DNA of 64,000 bases from Chiloscyllium plagiosum (lineage: Eukaryota): contig NC_057719.1 of assembly GCF_004010195.1 (NCBI RefSeq), positions 2,097,267 through 2,161,266 on the forward strand. The letters run 5' to 3'. The notes under the pieces were generated by a model that saw nothing but the letters and a program-made list of their open reading frames with translations, ran no database searches and was not told the origin of the DNA. The translations under genes were made by a program, and so were the position numbers. Shown here one piece after another: positions 1 to 12,642 of this stretch. Positions within the stretch are counted from its first letter, which is position 1, and every line of letters begins with the position of its first letter.

Positions 1-410
1 TATCCCCCCTTGCCTGAGTTGCCTCCTGCTCACTGTTCTGACATTTACCCCCCCTGCCCCTCTCTCTCTCTGCTTTGCTGTGTGCAGGTTCACAGCTGCT
101 TTTTGGTGTTGCTTCTACAGAGTGATATCGTCTCACTGAGCTGTTTAAAATGATTAAAGGAGTTCCTGTTCAACCACACCAGCAAATATTTCCTCGGGTG
201 GTGGGTCACAGAGAAATCCCGAACAAGGGCACGTCGCCTTGGCGTGAGAGTTGGCTCATTCAGGGCAATGCCAGGCAGCACTTTGTCATGAAGGGGCCAT
301 GGAAATCTCTTCTTCCAAACACAAAAACTTCTTGTACTTGGGGATCAATTGAAAGTTACAAAGTTAAGGTGGATGAGCATTTATTTGGAAAAGGAAATGA
401 AGGCTTAATG

Positions 411-1645
411 AGGTAAGGAGAGCCAGTGGATGTGATCTGTTTGGATTTCCAGAAGGCTTTTGACAAGGGACCAGACTGGAGGCTGCTCAACAACATCGGA
501 ACTCATGGTGTTAGGGGTAAGGGTCTGGCACGGATAATAGATTGGTTGACCGATTGAAGGCAAAGATTGGGGATAAAGGTTTTTTTTTTCAGAATGATGG
601 ATTTCCGCAGGGTCGCAACTATTCACATTATACATTAACGATCTGGGTGAAGGAACTGAGGGCATTGTTGTGAAGTTTGTAGATGACACAAAGCTAGGTG
701 GAGGGGCAGGTAGTGTTCAGGATACGGGGAGTCTGCAGAAGGACTTGGACAGGCAAGGAGAGTGGGCAAAGAAGTGGCAGATGGAGTACAACGTGGGAAA
801 GGGTGGGGTCATGTACTTTGGTAGAAGAATAGAGACGTAGACTATTTTCTAAATGGAGAAAAGCTTCAGAAATCCGAAGCACAAAAGGACTTGGGAGTTC
901 TCGTTCAGGATTGTCTTCAAGTTAACATGGAGGTTCAGTTGGCAGTTAGGAAGGTAAATACAATGTTAGCATTCATCTCAAGAGAGTGAGAATACAAGAG
1001 CAGGGATGTACTGCTGAGGCTGGGTAAAGCTCTGGTCAGACTGCATTTGGAATATTGTGAGCAGTTTTAGGGCCCCATTATCTAAGGAAGGATGTGCTGG
1101 CCTTGGAGGGGGTCTAGGGGAGGTTTACCAGAATGATCCCAGGGATGAAGGGAATGTCAGATGAGGGGTGGTTGGGGACTCTGGATCTGTACTCGATAGA
1201 GTTTAGAAGGATGAGGGGAATCTGATTGAAACTTACAGAATACAGAGAGACCTGGATAGTGTGGATGTGGACAAGATGTTTCCATCAGTAGGAGAGACTA
1301 GGGCCCAAGGGCACAGCCTCCGAGTGAAGGGAGGACCCTTTAGAACGGAGAGGAGGAGGAATTTCTTAGGCCAGAGGGTGGGCAGTCTGGGGAACTGATT
1401 GCTGCAGAGGGCTGTGGAGACCAAGTCATTGAGTGTATTTAAGACAGGGATAGACTGGTTCCTCATCAGTGAGGGGCTCAAAGGCCACAGGGAGAAGGCA
1501 GGAGAATGGGGTTGAGAAACACGTCTATAATGAAGATTAATCTATAATGAAGATTAACTGCAGAGCCCACGTCACCCGTCATCAAATGGTGGGGCAGACT
1601 TGATGGGCCAAATGGCCTAAATCTGCTTCTATAACATATGGTCTA
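411..1645 (+). mobile_element. CR1-clade LINE (HER1-like), 5'-truncated: RT C-terminal half plus 3' tail
   Basis: Translates to DVICLDFQKAFD, KFVDDTKLGG, LVRLHLEYC motifs with frameshifts; ends in a gatgggccaaatggcct tail; 17-bp tandem duplication at 1524-1557. Confidence 0.9.
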
Positions 1646-2432
1646 GTGCAGTGTAAGGTGATCTTTGTTGGAGTGGAAAACACTCCCAGATTGAGGAGGG
1701 AAGGTAGATTGCCCTTTCTCTAATGCATTGGTGAAGATGTGTTTTTAAGACAGTTGTTTCCACCTTCTAGATTTTTTGACTGCTTGCCCTGATATCTCTT
1801 TGTGTCTCGGTGTCAAATTTACTTGCTTCAATGAAACAGGTTTTACAACATTTAAAGGTGCTATGTAAATGCAAGGAGTGAAAACAGTTCGTTCCCAGAT
1901 TTCAAAAATGCTGAATTCGGATCCTCCGGTTTTGATGATAGTGAAGTGTCCTACAGTACACAGTCGAGCAGATCTGTGATATACGATTGTTAATGTAAAG
2001 TTTATAATCTGTGAACGCCCAGGATCATTAGTGTTTGGTGTGTAATTACTGAACTGTGGGTTTGGTTTTTAATCTGTGTAGTGGGACGTAACCGTGGAAC
2101 CTGTGTGCTGTAGGCTTTAGGATGTGATTCACCGTGATCTGTGGTGGGTCTGATCTGAAGTGCAGACGTATACCTCTGTATGAACATCCAGTACCAGGAG
2201 GGTTTAACATGCAGCATTGCAGCTTTGGAACCCCAGTCATGGCGTGGGCTCTGCAGTTAATCTTCATTATAGATTTGCTTTCCATAGGCTTAAAATCTTC
2301 CAACAAACTGTCTGAAGTGTTAGAACGTGTAAAACCTCTTTATCTGTCTCTCATTTCTTTATTCCGTAACTAAGAATTGAGCCTGGATACTTTAGATGGC
2401 ACTGTAAGCGGTGACTTATAAACTTTTCACTG

Positions 2433-2645
2433 TACAAGTCGTTCTGCTATAACGTGCGTTTAGTCAGCACAAATTTGCTGTAACCCGGTTGGAGAGTTGG
2501 GGACTCAGTTCTAAAGCACAAACCTTTAAAACGTGTGTTGGCTGTAACACGATTATATTGCCAACACTTTAAGTGCTGCTTCTAAAGTGGAATTTTTCGA
2601 TAATCTGGGGTTGCACAAGAACGCAACCTTTGCGTTACTACCTAT
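2433..2645. mobile_element. Degenerate MITE-like element (Tc1/mariner-Tigger-like termini)
   Basis: Starts tacaagtcgttctgctataacgtgcg and ends gcgttactacct, a partial inverted terminus; internal gct(a/g)taac repeats. Confidence 0.45.
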
Positions 2646-3235
2646 TCTCATTTGACAAAAAAATCTAATTCAATTCAGTTCAAACCAGCTTCCCACGTTG
2701 GGTTTACCAGTGTAGTCCAATCAATCCTGTAGCCAGCCAATTAAGAGAGGAGACATGTGTTCTGTAGCGCCTTTCAGAACTTTTGGACATTGGTGTGGTT
2801 TCTGAGCCATGGTGTAATTTTTGAAACAGGAAAGCCGTGCTCTATCGTTGCTTGGAATCCCTCCAGCTGATGGGCTACCGTCGTGAGGGTTGTGAGCAGC
2901 CTGGGCTGGGAAAACCGAATTGCTGGCACATACATAACCACGTGTATGTAGCTCAGCACGCCTTAATTCCAGTTACCTCGTCCCAGAAAGCTCTGGCCAA
3001 ACATTCATTTACTCTCTTGCCCTCCAACTCATTCATCCTCAGCTGAGACTTTTCTTTGCTCAAGTTGGAGTTTTCCATCCTGCAACATTTTGGGATGATT
3101 TCCATTGCTGGAATAGATCGGATGGGAGAGAAATTAGCCATTTTATCTGAACAGAACCTTCCTATCTTGGTTTTTCTAAGATGTCACTATTAGTCAATAC
3201 TAAATCATAAGCTTTCAGACATTCAGTTGCTGTTT

Positions 3236-3548
3236 AGAACATAGAACATAGAAAAGTCCAGCACAGAACAGGCCCTCTGGCCCACAATGTTGTGCCAAGG
3301 TTTAATGCTAATGTAGAATATAATAACTTAACCTACGCACCCCTCAACTCACTGCTCTCCATGTGCATGTCCAGCAGTCGCTTAAATGTCCCCAATGACT
3401 CTGCTTCCACCACCACCGCTGGCAACACATTCCATGCATTCACAACTCTCAGTGTAAAGAACCTACCTCTGACATCTCCTTCATACCTGCCTCCTAATAT
3501 CTTCAAACTATGACTCCTCGTACCAGTCAATCCTGCCCTGGGGAAAAG
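3236..3548 (-). mobile_element. CR1 LINE 3' end fragment
   Basis: (tagaaca)n tail on the + strand; minus-strand ORF RFFTLRVVNAWNVLP. Confidence 0.9.
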
Positions 3549-3599
3549 GTTGAAATAATGTATTTTAAAGAAAAATAAAAATTAGACTCCTTTCCGCTC

Positions 3600-3722
3600 C
3601 AGTCCTGAGGAGGGACCGCTGCACCTGAAATGTTGACTCTGGCTTCTCTCCACAGGTGCTGAGATTTTCCACCAATTTGTCTTTGTTTCTGATTTCCAGC
3701 ATCCACAGTTTTTTCGATTTTA
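3600..3722 (+). mobile_element. Penelope-derived short element, family B (degenerate hammerhead)
   Basis: ctgaggag...gaaatgttgactc...ttctctccacag...tttccagcatccacag, homologous to the other family B copies. Confidence 0.6.
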
Positions 3723-4469
3723 AAAATGAGACTCCTGTTGTGGCCAATTCTATACTCTTTGGCTGGATAAAATATTTCAAACCAAACAAGAACGTTTGCA
3801 TGGGGCAAGAGCACATGCTGTACTTTTAGTCTTGGCTCAGACAGTGTACCCCACTGTACAATGTGCACTCCTGTGCTGATACATATTGTACATGGCCCAT
3901 AACAAAGACAAACTTACTGCTTTCTTAATTGGGTGAAATCTCTGTTGTTGTAACTGGCTTGCAGGTCAGCTTGGCTTTGTTTTTAACAGTGCTCGAGTCA
4001 GAATGCTTCAGCTATGTTCCTATGTTTGGAACTCAATGTGTAGATTAAACTTGACACTCCGTGCTTCAGTGAAATAGTAAAGGTCCCAAGGGGAGCGTTC
4101 TCCCCGAGGTCCTGGTATTCCTCCTTCAGCCAGCATTTTGGGGGGAAAGCATGCAGATTCGACTGGCGAGTTGTAAAATGATGGTTTGTCTACATGTTAG
4201 GTCAGGTGAATGACAAGGGTCTTTTCACTAGGCTGGGACTAGTTTAGTTTGGGAACGTGGTCAGCATGGACTGTTTGGACTGAAGGGTCTGTTTCCATGC
4301 TATATGACTTTACGTATTGGTGCTCTCTTTGGGAATGGCTTGGGGCTAATTAGTTGCCACTTGTTGTCTGTGTAGGTCACATACAATTCTTGTTGAAATG
4401 TAGTGGAGAAGCATTTGGGACATTTGTGATATGCAGTTCATGGTATCCGTTTACTTGTCCATTTTGTAC

Positions 4470-5090
4470 TGACACTGCAGGGGAGCAGGGTAGTGCTGTA
4501 CTGTTAGAGTTGCTGTTTCTCAGATGAGAGAGACTGTGATCCCAAGGACCTGGTTCTGGCTGTACTTCGAAGAACATAGGGTCTTTGCCTGATCTCCTGC
4601 AGTAGTTTATAGTTCAACCGGTGCCCAGTGGTTAGCACTGCTGCCTCACACCACCAGGGTCCCCAGGTTCAATTCCAGCCTCGGGCAACTGTCTGTGTGG
4701 AGTTTGCACGTTCTCCCCAAGTCTGTGTGGGTTTCCTCCAGGTGCTCCGGTTTCCTCCCACAGTCCAAAGATGCGTAGGTCAGGTGAATTGGCCATGCTC
4801 AACTGCCCGCAGTGTTAGGTGCATTAGTCAGAGGGGAATGGGTCTGGGTGGGATACTCTTCAGAGGGTTGGTGTGGACTTGTTGGGCCGAAGGGCCTGTT
4901 TCCATTCTGTCTGGAATCTAATCATCTAATCAAATCTAATAACCACCAGATCATCTACTCATTTTCTCATTGTTGCCTGTGGGATCCTGCTGTGTGCGTG
5001 TTGGCTACCACGGTTCTCACATTATAGCATTGTTTGTAAAACTTCCGGCATGTTCTGTGGCTGTGAAAGATGCCATACAAATGTAATTCC
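4470..5090 (+). mobile_element. Degenerate Deu-domain-like SINE split by a nested HE1 SINE
   Basis: The 3' part cattgttgcctgtgggatcctgctgtgtgcgtgttggct...gtgaaagatgccatacaaatgtaa resembles the copy at 58353-58615. Confidence 0.5.
4619..4940 (+). mobile_element. HE1-like V-SINE (tRNA-derived head, CR1-derived tail)
   Basis: A/B boxes cagtggttagcactg and ggttcaattcc; core gggtttcctccaggtgctccggtttcctcccacagtccaaaga; tail ggacttgttgggccgaagggcctgtttcc plus (taatc)n. Confidence 0.92.
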
Positions 5091-5735
5091 TTAAGAACCC
5101 ACCTTACTGTAGGGGAAATGGAAGCCAAATGGTTTGGAGTAGTAAATCACTTTATTGATATGTTTTAGGTTGAGATTTTTGTTTTTGCTGGGGCTGTGAT
5201 TATGTCGTTGAGCAGAACCACACCATTGCAACTACCTACAGCAGCAGTCCAGGTTCCTTTTTTTTTGTCAGGGTGAGCTTAAAACGTGTGCTGACATCCA
5301 TCAGAGCTGTTTAACAAAACAAAAGTGCCTTGGGCTTGTTTTTTTGATCTTTTTTTTTCAAAGCTTTGGCCTTTGCTCTGGCGGGTCACCTTTCCGATTG
5401 GTAAGTGCCCTGATACCAAGTCTAGACTTGTTCTTTCAAAACCTCGCTGTGCTGGTTGAGTGGCCAGCTGCTATGAGCAATTATTTCTGTGCCGGGGCGG
5501 GAGAAATGCACGAGAAAGGAATGAGGTGAAATGGAAAACGAAGCCGGTGAAAGACTATCTGAGGCGGGCAACAGATTGAACCCATCTGCATTTTGAATCT
5601 GCTACTTAGGAAATGGGTGAATGAGTGACTGCTTCTTCAAACTGGAGATGTGTTTACGTCAGCCCTGCATGTTTAACCTAGGAGCAGGAGGAGGCCATTC
5701 AGCCCAATGTTTCACTCCTATCTCAGAGCAATCTA

Positions 5736-5855
5736 CTGAAAACAAAAAATCCTGGAGATCACAGCCATGGAGAGAGAGAGAGCAAGCTAATGTTTTAAGT
5801 CTAAATAACTTCTTCAGCTCTGATCTCAAGCATTTTTTTGTTTTCAGTTCTGTTT
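5736..5855. mobile_element. Penelope-derived short element, family B, partial fold-back
   Basis: ctgaaaacaaaaaatcctggagatca ... tgatctcaagcattttttgttttcag inverted arms. Confidence 0.6.
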
Positions 5856-5884
5856 GTTTGAAAGAGCCCCCCCTATTAATCCCG

Positions 5885-6220
5885 CAGATACCTGGGAACC
5901 CCACCTCCTGCAAGGTCCCCTCCTGCACCACCTCACCATCCTGACTTGTAAATACATTTCCGTTCCTTCGGTGTCACTGGATCAAGATCCTGGAATTCCC
6001 ACCCTGAGAACTTTGCCCCCTCTCATGGTGATGAGAAGTTAGTGTGGAATGCAGAGATCCTAAAATCCTGGAATTCCCTCCCTCAGGGCATTGTGGGTCA
6101 ACCCACAGCACATGGACTGTAGTGGTTTAAGAAGGCAGCTCACCCCCACCTTCTCAAGGGGCAACTGGGGACGGGTATTAAATGCTGGGCCCAGCCAGTG
6201 AGACCCACAGGTGAATAAAA
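5885..6220 (+). mobile_element. 3' end of a second CR1/L2-group LINE family
   Basis: tcaccatcctgacttg...tcctggaattccctccc...aagaaggcagctcacccccaccttctcaaggg...aaatgctgg; same family as 48405-48710. Confidence 0.8.
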
Positions 6221-6881
6221 ACTCTTCTGTGTTCTTTCCCCTAAGTCCAGCAGAATCTCCTTTCTTGAACTATTTTTATCAGTTTCCATTTTGCAGTTTA
6301 CTTTTGAGTCTCTTTCTATTCATTTTTTTTTAAAACATAGTGCATTTCAGATTGTGACTTGCATAGAAACAAACCATCCCTTTATCTATTTCTCTCTCTC
6401 TCTTTTCCCTGATGATTGTTTTACTAATTATCTTAAATCAATGTCCTCTGTTTACTGGCCCTCCCTCAGATGGTCATTGGGTGAATAGGGAGATGCTATC
6501 AAAAAACTATCTTCACTTCTTGAAAATAAATCTTTTAAAGCCAGTTGTTAATTTGTAGGAAATTGGTGGATGTTCGTTGCAATCGATTTTTTTTGTTGGT
6601 GTTCTGAGAGTTTGAATCCCGCAGTTCTTTGGGGTATTCAATACCTTCAATATGTGAGCAGTATGTGTTTGAGCTGGAAGGGTTGTTCTGCATGTGTGGA
6701 TTTGAAGGGAGATGATAAGAAACCGTTTTGGTTCTAGTTTATTGACTAGCGGGACTGGCTGAGCTGTTGTATTTGTGGGACTGATCCTGTGACGTGGTGG
6801 AGCTGTAGGTGTAAGAGGATAAGCTCGTGTATCTGTTTCTGGTCAGCGGTAAAATCTCTCCTCGAGGAAGGCTTGGATGAC

Positions 6882-7052
6882 TGAGTACACCTGATCAGGT
6901 CCTGGGGATTTATCCACCTTTATGCGTTTCAAGACTTCCAGCACTTCCTCCTCTGTAATCTGGACATTTTGCAGGGTGTCACCATCTATTTTGCGACTTT
7001 TTATATCTTCCATATCTTTTTCCACAGTAAATACTGATGCAAAATACTCGTT
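6882..7052 (-). mobile_element. CR1 ORF2 internal fragment
   Basis: NEYFASVFT...DKSPGPDQVY. Confidence 0.85.
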
Positions 7053-7432
7053 TCCCTTTATAATATCGCGCACTTCAAAAGTCTTTTCTTGACTGTGAAT
7101 CACTTTGCGTTTTCTGAAGTGGTAAAGAGTACATTAGAAATGCAACTTTGTTTCGTTTTCATAGAATCCAGGCAACACTCTGTATCCTCCTTACTAACTC
7201 ACCCCGTGTACTATTTGTGTGTGCTGAGGTTTGGGAAAGAGTTCCTCTCTTTGAATTGCAGCCATTGGTGGATAAACCCTTACGTCTCCATGGTATTGGT
7301 GTCAGTGAAATGAGACGTGCAGATTTATGGAGCATAGATTGAAATGTATGCATGCCTTTTGAAACTTGGGCTGCCCACTAAAATCAAACATTTGGCTGTT
7401 CCACGTTATAAGATTACATTTCTCACTTAATG

Positions 7433-7735
7433 CAGAGGTGCCAGTCTTGGACTAGGGTGGACAAAATTAGAAGTCACAAAACACCAGGTTTATTTGAAAT
7501 CACAAGCTTCCAGAGCACTGATCCTAGATCATGATTTGGAGATGCCGGTGTTGGACTGGGGTGTACAGAGTTAAAAAATCACACAACACCAGGTTATAGT
7601 CCAATTGGAAGCACTAGCTTTCGGAGCGCTGCTGATGAAGGAGCATCGCTCTGAAAGCTAGGTGCTTCCAATTAAACCTGTCGGACTATAACCTGGTGTT
7701 GTGTGATTTTTAACTTTGTACATCCGAGATCAGGT
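7433..7735. mobile_element. Penelope-derived family C: palindromic copy (7532-7721) nested in an older family C copy
   Basis: Inverted arms aatcacacaacaccaggttatagtcc / ggactataacctggtgttgtgtgatt around ctgatgaaggagcatcgctctgaaagcta; TSD atcc[t/g]agatca at 7521-7531 and 7722-7732. Confidence 0.8.
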
Positions 7736-8224
7736 CACTTCCCCTGGCGAATACCTGACAATGGAGAGGGATGGGGGTGTGTTGGGGGGGGGGGGGGAGA
7801 GAGGGGGGGTGGAGGGAGGTATGCAGTGGGGTGCTGTCCGAAGGGTCAGCGCAGACTCAATGGGCTATATCGCCTTTTTGCACAGTATGCCTTTTATAAG
7901 TGCGAATAAGGATGAAAATGTGAGACGTTGAACTTTTTATTGCATGGTTATGGAATTGACAAAATTGACTAAAGTTCCTTGTGAAATCAAGCTAACCACT
8001 GAGTTTATTTTTAGACAAATCTAATTGAATACTTACAGTCAATCTGAATTGAATGTTGGTAAGATCACTTGGACCGTGACATACAGAAATGTTCACCATA
8101 TTATAGAAGGAATAGAGACATTGGAGAGAGTGCAGAAAGGATTGAGAGGGAAATAGTGTTTGTCTGTGACTGAGTAGACATGACAAAATTCTGCTGGAAG
8201 CAATCAGTAAAATCTACGATATTA

Positions 8225-8571
8225 AAAACAAAATACTGTGGGAATATGAAATAAAAACTAAGTGCTGGAGAAACTCAGCAGGTTCGGCAGGAGAGAGAAA
8301 TAGTTAATGTTTTGAGTTTGATATAACTCTCCTTCAAAATTGAATGGATTGGAAAATAAAAGCAGAAATTGCTGAAAAAGCTCAGCAGGTCTGGCAGCAT
8401 CTGTGGAGAGAAATCAGACCTTCCTCAGTCCCCTCACTCAACCCAAAACGTTAACTCTGATTTCCCTCCACACGTGCTGCCAGACCTGCTGAGCTTTTCC
8501 AGCAATTTCTGTTTTTGTTTCTGATTGACAGCATCCGCAGTCCTTTCAGTTTACATTTGGGATTGGAAAAT
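8225..8571. mobile_element. Penelope-derived family B: palindromic copy (8358-8559) adjoining or nested in another family B copy
   Basis: gctcagcaggtctggcagca / tgctgccagacctgctgagc arms; TSD ggattggaaaat at 8346-8357 and 8560-8571. Confidence 0.8.
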
Positions 8572-8960
8572 GTTGGCTTTTGTGTTGTTGATGGAAAGGG
8601 ACGGAGGAGTGAGTGGAACAGATTATGGGATGTCCAGTCCAGACACAAAAAGGTGGTGATGGTCACAAAAAAAGGTGATGGTGATAACGAAGAGGTGTCA
8701 CATAGGAGCCCATCAAGATGTGAAACGGGGCAAATCCGCTGTTGAGAGCAAAGTCAGCAGATTCAGATAAGACTTGGATGTTGGGTGTTTGGGGAGGTAG
8801 GTGGCAGAGGAGGAGGGAGAGAGAGAGAGAAGGGGTATGTCAATAAAATGGAGGACAGAAGTGTCAGGCTGTGTGGTTGATGATACACAGAAATACAGAT
8901 GTAGGCTAATCAGCCCTTTGGTCTTATTTTGCCACTCGGTATGATCATGGTTAATCATAA

Positions 8961-9455
8961 CATGCGCACAAAACAACCCCGCCGCTCTGTGGCCGAACAC
9001 TTGTAACTCCCCCTCCCACTCTGCCAAGGACATGCAGGTCCTGGGCCTCCTCCACCACCAAACCCTAACTACCCAACGCCTGGAGGAAAAACACCTTATT
9101 TTCCACCTTGGGCCCCTCCAAGCACAAGGGACCAATGTTTCCTCATTTCCCCTCCCCCACCTTATCCCAGATCCAGCCTTCCGAATCAGCACCACCCTCC
9201 TGATCTGTCCATCTTCCTTCCTGCCTGTCTGCTCCACCCTCCTTTCCGACCTATCACCGTTACCCCCAGCTTCATCTACCTGTCACATTCCCTGTCGCTC
9301 TCCCTCCAGTCCCACCCCCCTCTCATTTATCTCTCAGCCCCCTTGGACCACCCTCTCATCCCTGATGAAGGGCTTATGCTCGAAACGTTGACTCTCCTGC
9401 TCATCGGACGCTGCCTGACCGGCTGTACTTTTCCAGCACCACACTCTTCGACTGT
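8961..9455 (+). mobile_element. Penelope-like element 3' end: GIY-YIG endonuclease C-terminus, pyrimidine-rich UTR and family A hammerhead terminus
   Basis: SHSAKDMQVLGLLHHQTLTTQRLEEKHLIFHLGPLQAQGTN resembles the PLE GIY-YIG tail (RLEE..LIF.LG.LQP.G.N); then ctgatgaagggcttatgctcgaaacgttg. Confidence 0.85.
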
Positions 9456-9765
9456 CCAACTCCATAGCCTGTTCCTGCTTTTCCCCTACATCTTTTGATC
9501 TCTTAGTCCCAAATCCTTGGTCCAACCCATTCCCGAAATTGTACAATGTTTTGGCCTCAACTGGTTTTCTGTGGCAGAGATTCCCACTTTCTGGGTGAAG
9601 ACATTTCTCCTCAACTCAGTCCGAAATGGTTAACCCTATGACTCCTGGTTGTGGACTTCTTGCTATTAGGTACATTACTTTCGGCATCTGTCATGTCTAG
9701 TCCTGATGCAATGTTATAGCTTCTAATGTAATTCTTCCCTCAAGCTTCTGAACTTCAGAGAATAT
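9455..9765 (-). mobile_element. Degenerate CR1 3' region; its tail lies at 8880-8960, split off by the Penelope insertion
   Basis: ttttggcctcaac...tctgggtgaagacatttctcctca matches other minus-strand CR1 3' ends. Confidence 0.65.
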
Positions 9766-9892
9766 ATAATGAATTCCATTTTGAGTCCTCGCGGCAGAGC
9801 GTTTTATCGGAAAAGGGCGATGTTGTAACTCCAGCGTGTGCTGCTTTGTCAGAATGAGCAGGTGCAAGATGGAAATGTTAGCTTGAGCTTAT

Positions 9893-10150
9893 TATAGTGG
9901 CAGCACCTGGGAGCCAGGGTTATTCCTATGGACAGAGTAGAGGTGTTCGGCAAAGCAGTCATCCAGTGTGCGCTTGGTCTCCCCATTATAAAGCAGCAAA
10001 TACAATAGATTGGGTTTGAAGTGTGTTTGAAGCTTTGGAAAACGAGGAGTGAGAAACGTTAAAGGGAGAGTGATTAAATGGGAAGGTGACGTGTGGGGGT
10101 TAGCAGTGACAGAGCAGTCAGCCAGGGTGTCATGCAGGGAATGGTTCCTC
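9893..10150 (-). mobile_element. Penelope-like GIY-YIG endonuclease fragment
   Basis: LLYNGETKRTLDDCFAEHLYSV matches the YIGET.R.L..RF.EH motif. Confidence 0.7.
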
Positions 10151-10377
10151 AAACCATAAATCCAACTACCCTGGAGTGATGGTCGCAGACAGCCTGTCTC
10201 TTGACAAAGAGCTATGTGCACAGGTGTTAGAAAGGCAGTCACGAACATTGGCCAACTAGCCAAACTGAGCATGGAGAAACAACAAGCTGACCTGTAGGCT
10301 CTGTGTCTGACAGGCCTGCATCCTCAGCACATTATGTGCAATGAAACCTGGACTATTTGAAGCTAACCAGAAATGAA

Positions 10378-10510
10378 AGTTCCGAAGAAGGGTAATTGGA
10401 GCCCAAAATGTTCACTCCGCTTTCTCCCCACGCATGCTGCCAGATGTGCTGAGTTTTCCCAACAATCTGTTTGTTTCTGATTTCTAGCATCACCCCTTGT
10501 TCTTCGGTTT
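10378..10510 (+). mobile_element. Penelope-derived short element, family B
   Basis: ccgaagaagggt...cccaaaatgtt...tgctgccagatgtgctgagttttccc. Confidence 0.65.
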
Positions 10511-11145
10511 AAAGCTCCCAATTCAGGGAGAGATGCTTGACAAATTAAGTTGTCCTTTCTAAGGTCAAAATGTCAAACATGTCTACTTGATCAGTTTCAA
10601 CAAGGCTTTAGTGGTGTGGGAATGTGCACAGGGGATGGGAGTTGGTCCCCTGCCAAGGGGTGAGCAAGACATCTCAACTCCGACTCGAGGATGCTGTTGA
10701 GATCTCAAAGCCGTCAGCATCAGTCAGGTGGAGACTGTGCGCATCCACTTGATTGCAAGTGGTGCCACTGGCTGTGGGCTGGAATTCTGTACGATGGTGA
10801 CTTGTGAATTCGGAAGCTGCATTGCACCTCTGCAAACCAGGATTGTGTCGAGAGATCCGCCATCGGCCAGCACCAATGGCTGGTTTCTGCCTTTCACAGT
10901 CAGCTTGTTCGACCATCAGTGAAGTGCAACAGAAAATCTGAAAGACTGCTGACAGGAACTGCACTGCAGGCTTGTTGTTGTCTTCACTCTACCCGAACCA
11001 GGAGCTATCCACGGGGTCCAACTCACCAACACTGCGGAGATTACGGTCTTCTACTCTGATTATAGAATCATAAAATGATACTGTGTGGAAGGTGACCATT
11101 AGAGCCATTTCTTCCCCTCCTGTCCAGTCTATGATTTGGTACAGA

Positions 11146-11242
11146 GTCAAGAGTGTGACGCTGGAAAAGCACAGCAGGTCAGGCAGCATCCGAGGAGCAG
11201 CGAAATCTACGTTTCGGGCAAAAGCCCTTCATCAGGTATGCC
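11146..11242 (-). mobile_element. Penelope-derived short element, family A (hammerhead)
   Basis: Reverse complement ctgatgaagggcttttgcccgaaacgtag; TSD ctatgattyggyacaga at 11129-11145 and 11243-11259. Confidence 0.85.
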
Positions 11243-12289
11243 CTATGATTCGGCACAGATGATTACTCTCACCTGTCATCCACCAGAGGTGAGATGGAGG
11301 GAGAGAGAAATGGCTTTATTGGACTGTGTGAATAGTCCATTTTATTTCTAAAGTATGTTTTACTAACATGGGTCATACCCGTGTTAATGAGGGAAAACAA
11401 TTTGCTAGTGTTTCAGATTGCCAGTTGCGAGTGAAAGGACAAAAATTGCTTTGGATGTAGATTTCCTTGTTTCTTGCTCCTCATTCCCAATCTGAATCCT
11501 GAAAGTTTGGAGAATGACTTCTGGAATGTAAATCCCACAGATTTCTGGCAAGTGAAACCAACAGAAGAAAAATTTTCAAAGACCCAGTTTTACAGAGTAC
11601 ATTGTAAATTGAAAGTGCTTTGGCTTTTAAAGCACCACCCCTCCTTTTCCCATCATTGCTTACACGCATTGTGCAGCTGTCGAGTTTCCATTTCGGCAGC
11701 ACAGGCTGCCAACTTCAGCTCGGTGCTCATCTAATTTTGAACCTTGGGCGTTCAGAATAAACTGTTGAAAGGTACCAAAGTAGAACATCTTGTGGAGCTG
11801 CCTGTCACATTTACTATAGCGAGAACAGAGTGGTCACTCTGAGCTGGTTGTTCCTCGTATAGATTTACAATGTTGTTTTATTGCCAGAGTAATGCAGTGG
11901 GCAATCTTACGTAGGATTCGAATACTCTTGGCGTAGTGTTACTGAGTATTTACAGCACAGAAGTGGATCACTCAGCCCAACTGGTATACACCCGCGTTTA
12001 TGCTCTGCCTGAGTCTCTTCTCATCCCCATGTCATCTCACTCCATCAGCAAAACTCTTCCAAGCCCTTTTCCATCCTGCTCTTCTCCAGCTTCCTTTTAA
12101 GCACATGTCTCTGGTTACAAGATCCACGTCCATGAAGTGATTATGATGCAGGAGGAGGCCATTGGGTCTGGGCCAGCTCATCTGTAGAGCAGATGCCCGC
12201 TCTGTCCCTCTCGGCCTGCACCCCCTCCTACCCATCCAGCTTTCTTTCTCAAATAATTCTCCCCTCTCTGCCACCCTACCCTCATATGC

Positions 12290-12410
12290 AGGGAGTTCCA
12301 GGTCATTGCCGCCGAGGTTCGAGGAGTTAACACCCCACCTTTCCAAGGGCACTTTGGGATGGGCAAGAAATTCTGACCTTGCCAGTGATGTCCGGATCCT
12401 GTGAAGGAAT
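12290..12410 (-). mobile_element. Rearranged fragments of the second LINE 3' end (pieces in both orientations)
   Basis: gggagttccagg on the minus strand, then cccccacctttccaagggc...gggatgggcaa...gccagtgatg on the plus strand. Confidence 0.5.
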
Positions 12411-12553
12411 AACTAGCACCAGCCTCCTGAGTCTTTGCAAGGTTTCTGCTCAAACACTTTGTAGTCTTGTAGCCCTTCTTTGCTTTTTCCCTGGAGATGT
12501 GTATATTTAAAAAGTAAGTTATTGTTAATCTCCCTATGTCTTGCCCCAAATCT

Positions 12554-12642
12554 TTCCTGAAGAAGGGCGTGTGCCCGAAATGTCGAATCTTCTGTTCCCT
12601 AGATGCTGCCTGACCTGTGCTGTTCCAGCAATAAAGTTTCAG
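12554..12642 (+). mobile_element. Penelope-derived short element, family A (hammerhead)
   Basis: ttcctgaagaagggcgtgtgcccgaaatgtcgaa; perfect 14-bp TSD cttgccccaaatct at 12540-12553 and 12643-12656. Confidence 0.9.

Noticed and set aside
7776..7820. G-rich tract (and poly-C at 59765-59784) as a functional G-quadruplex
   Set aside because: Low-complexity homopolymer runs in or next to repeat remnants, with no independent evidence of function.
10640..10964. Coding-looking unique segment with overlapping short ORFs
   Set aside because: No recognisable protein motif or convincing splice pair; cannot be supported without a search.
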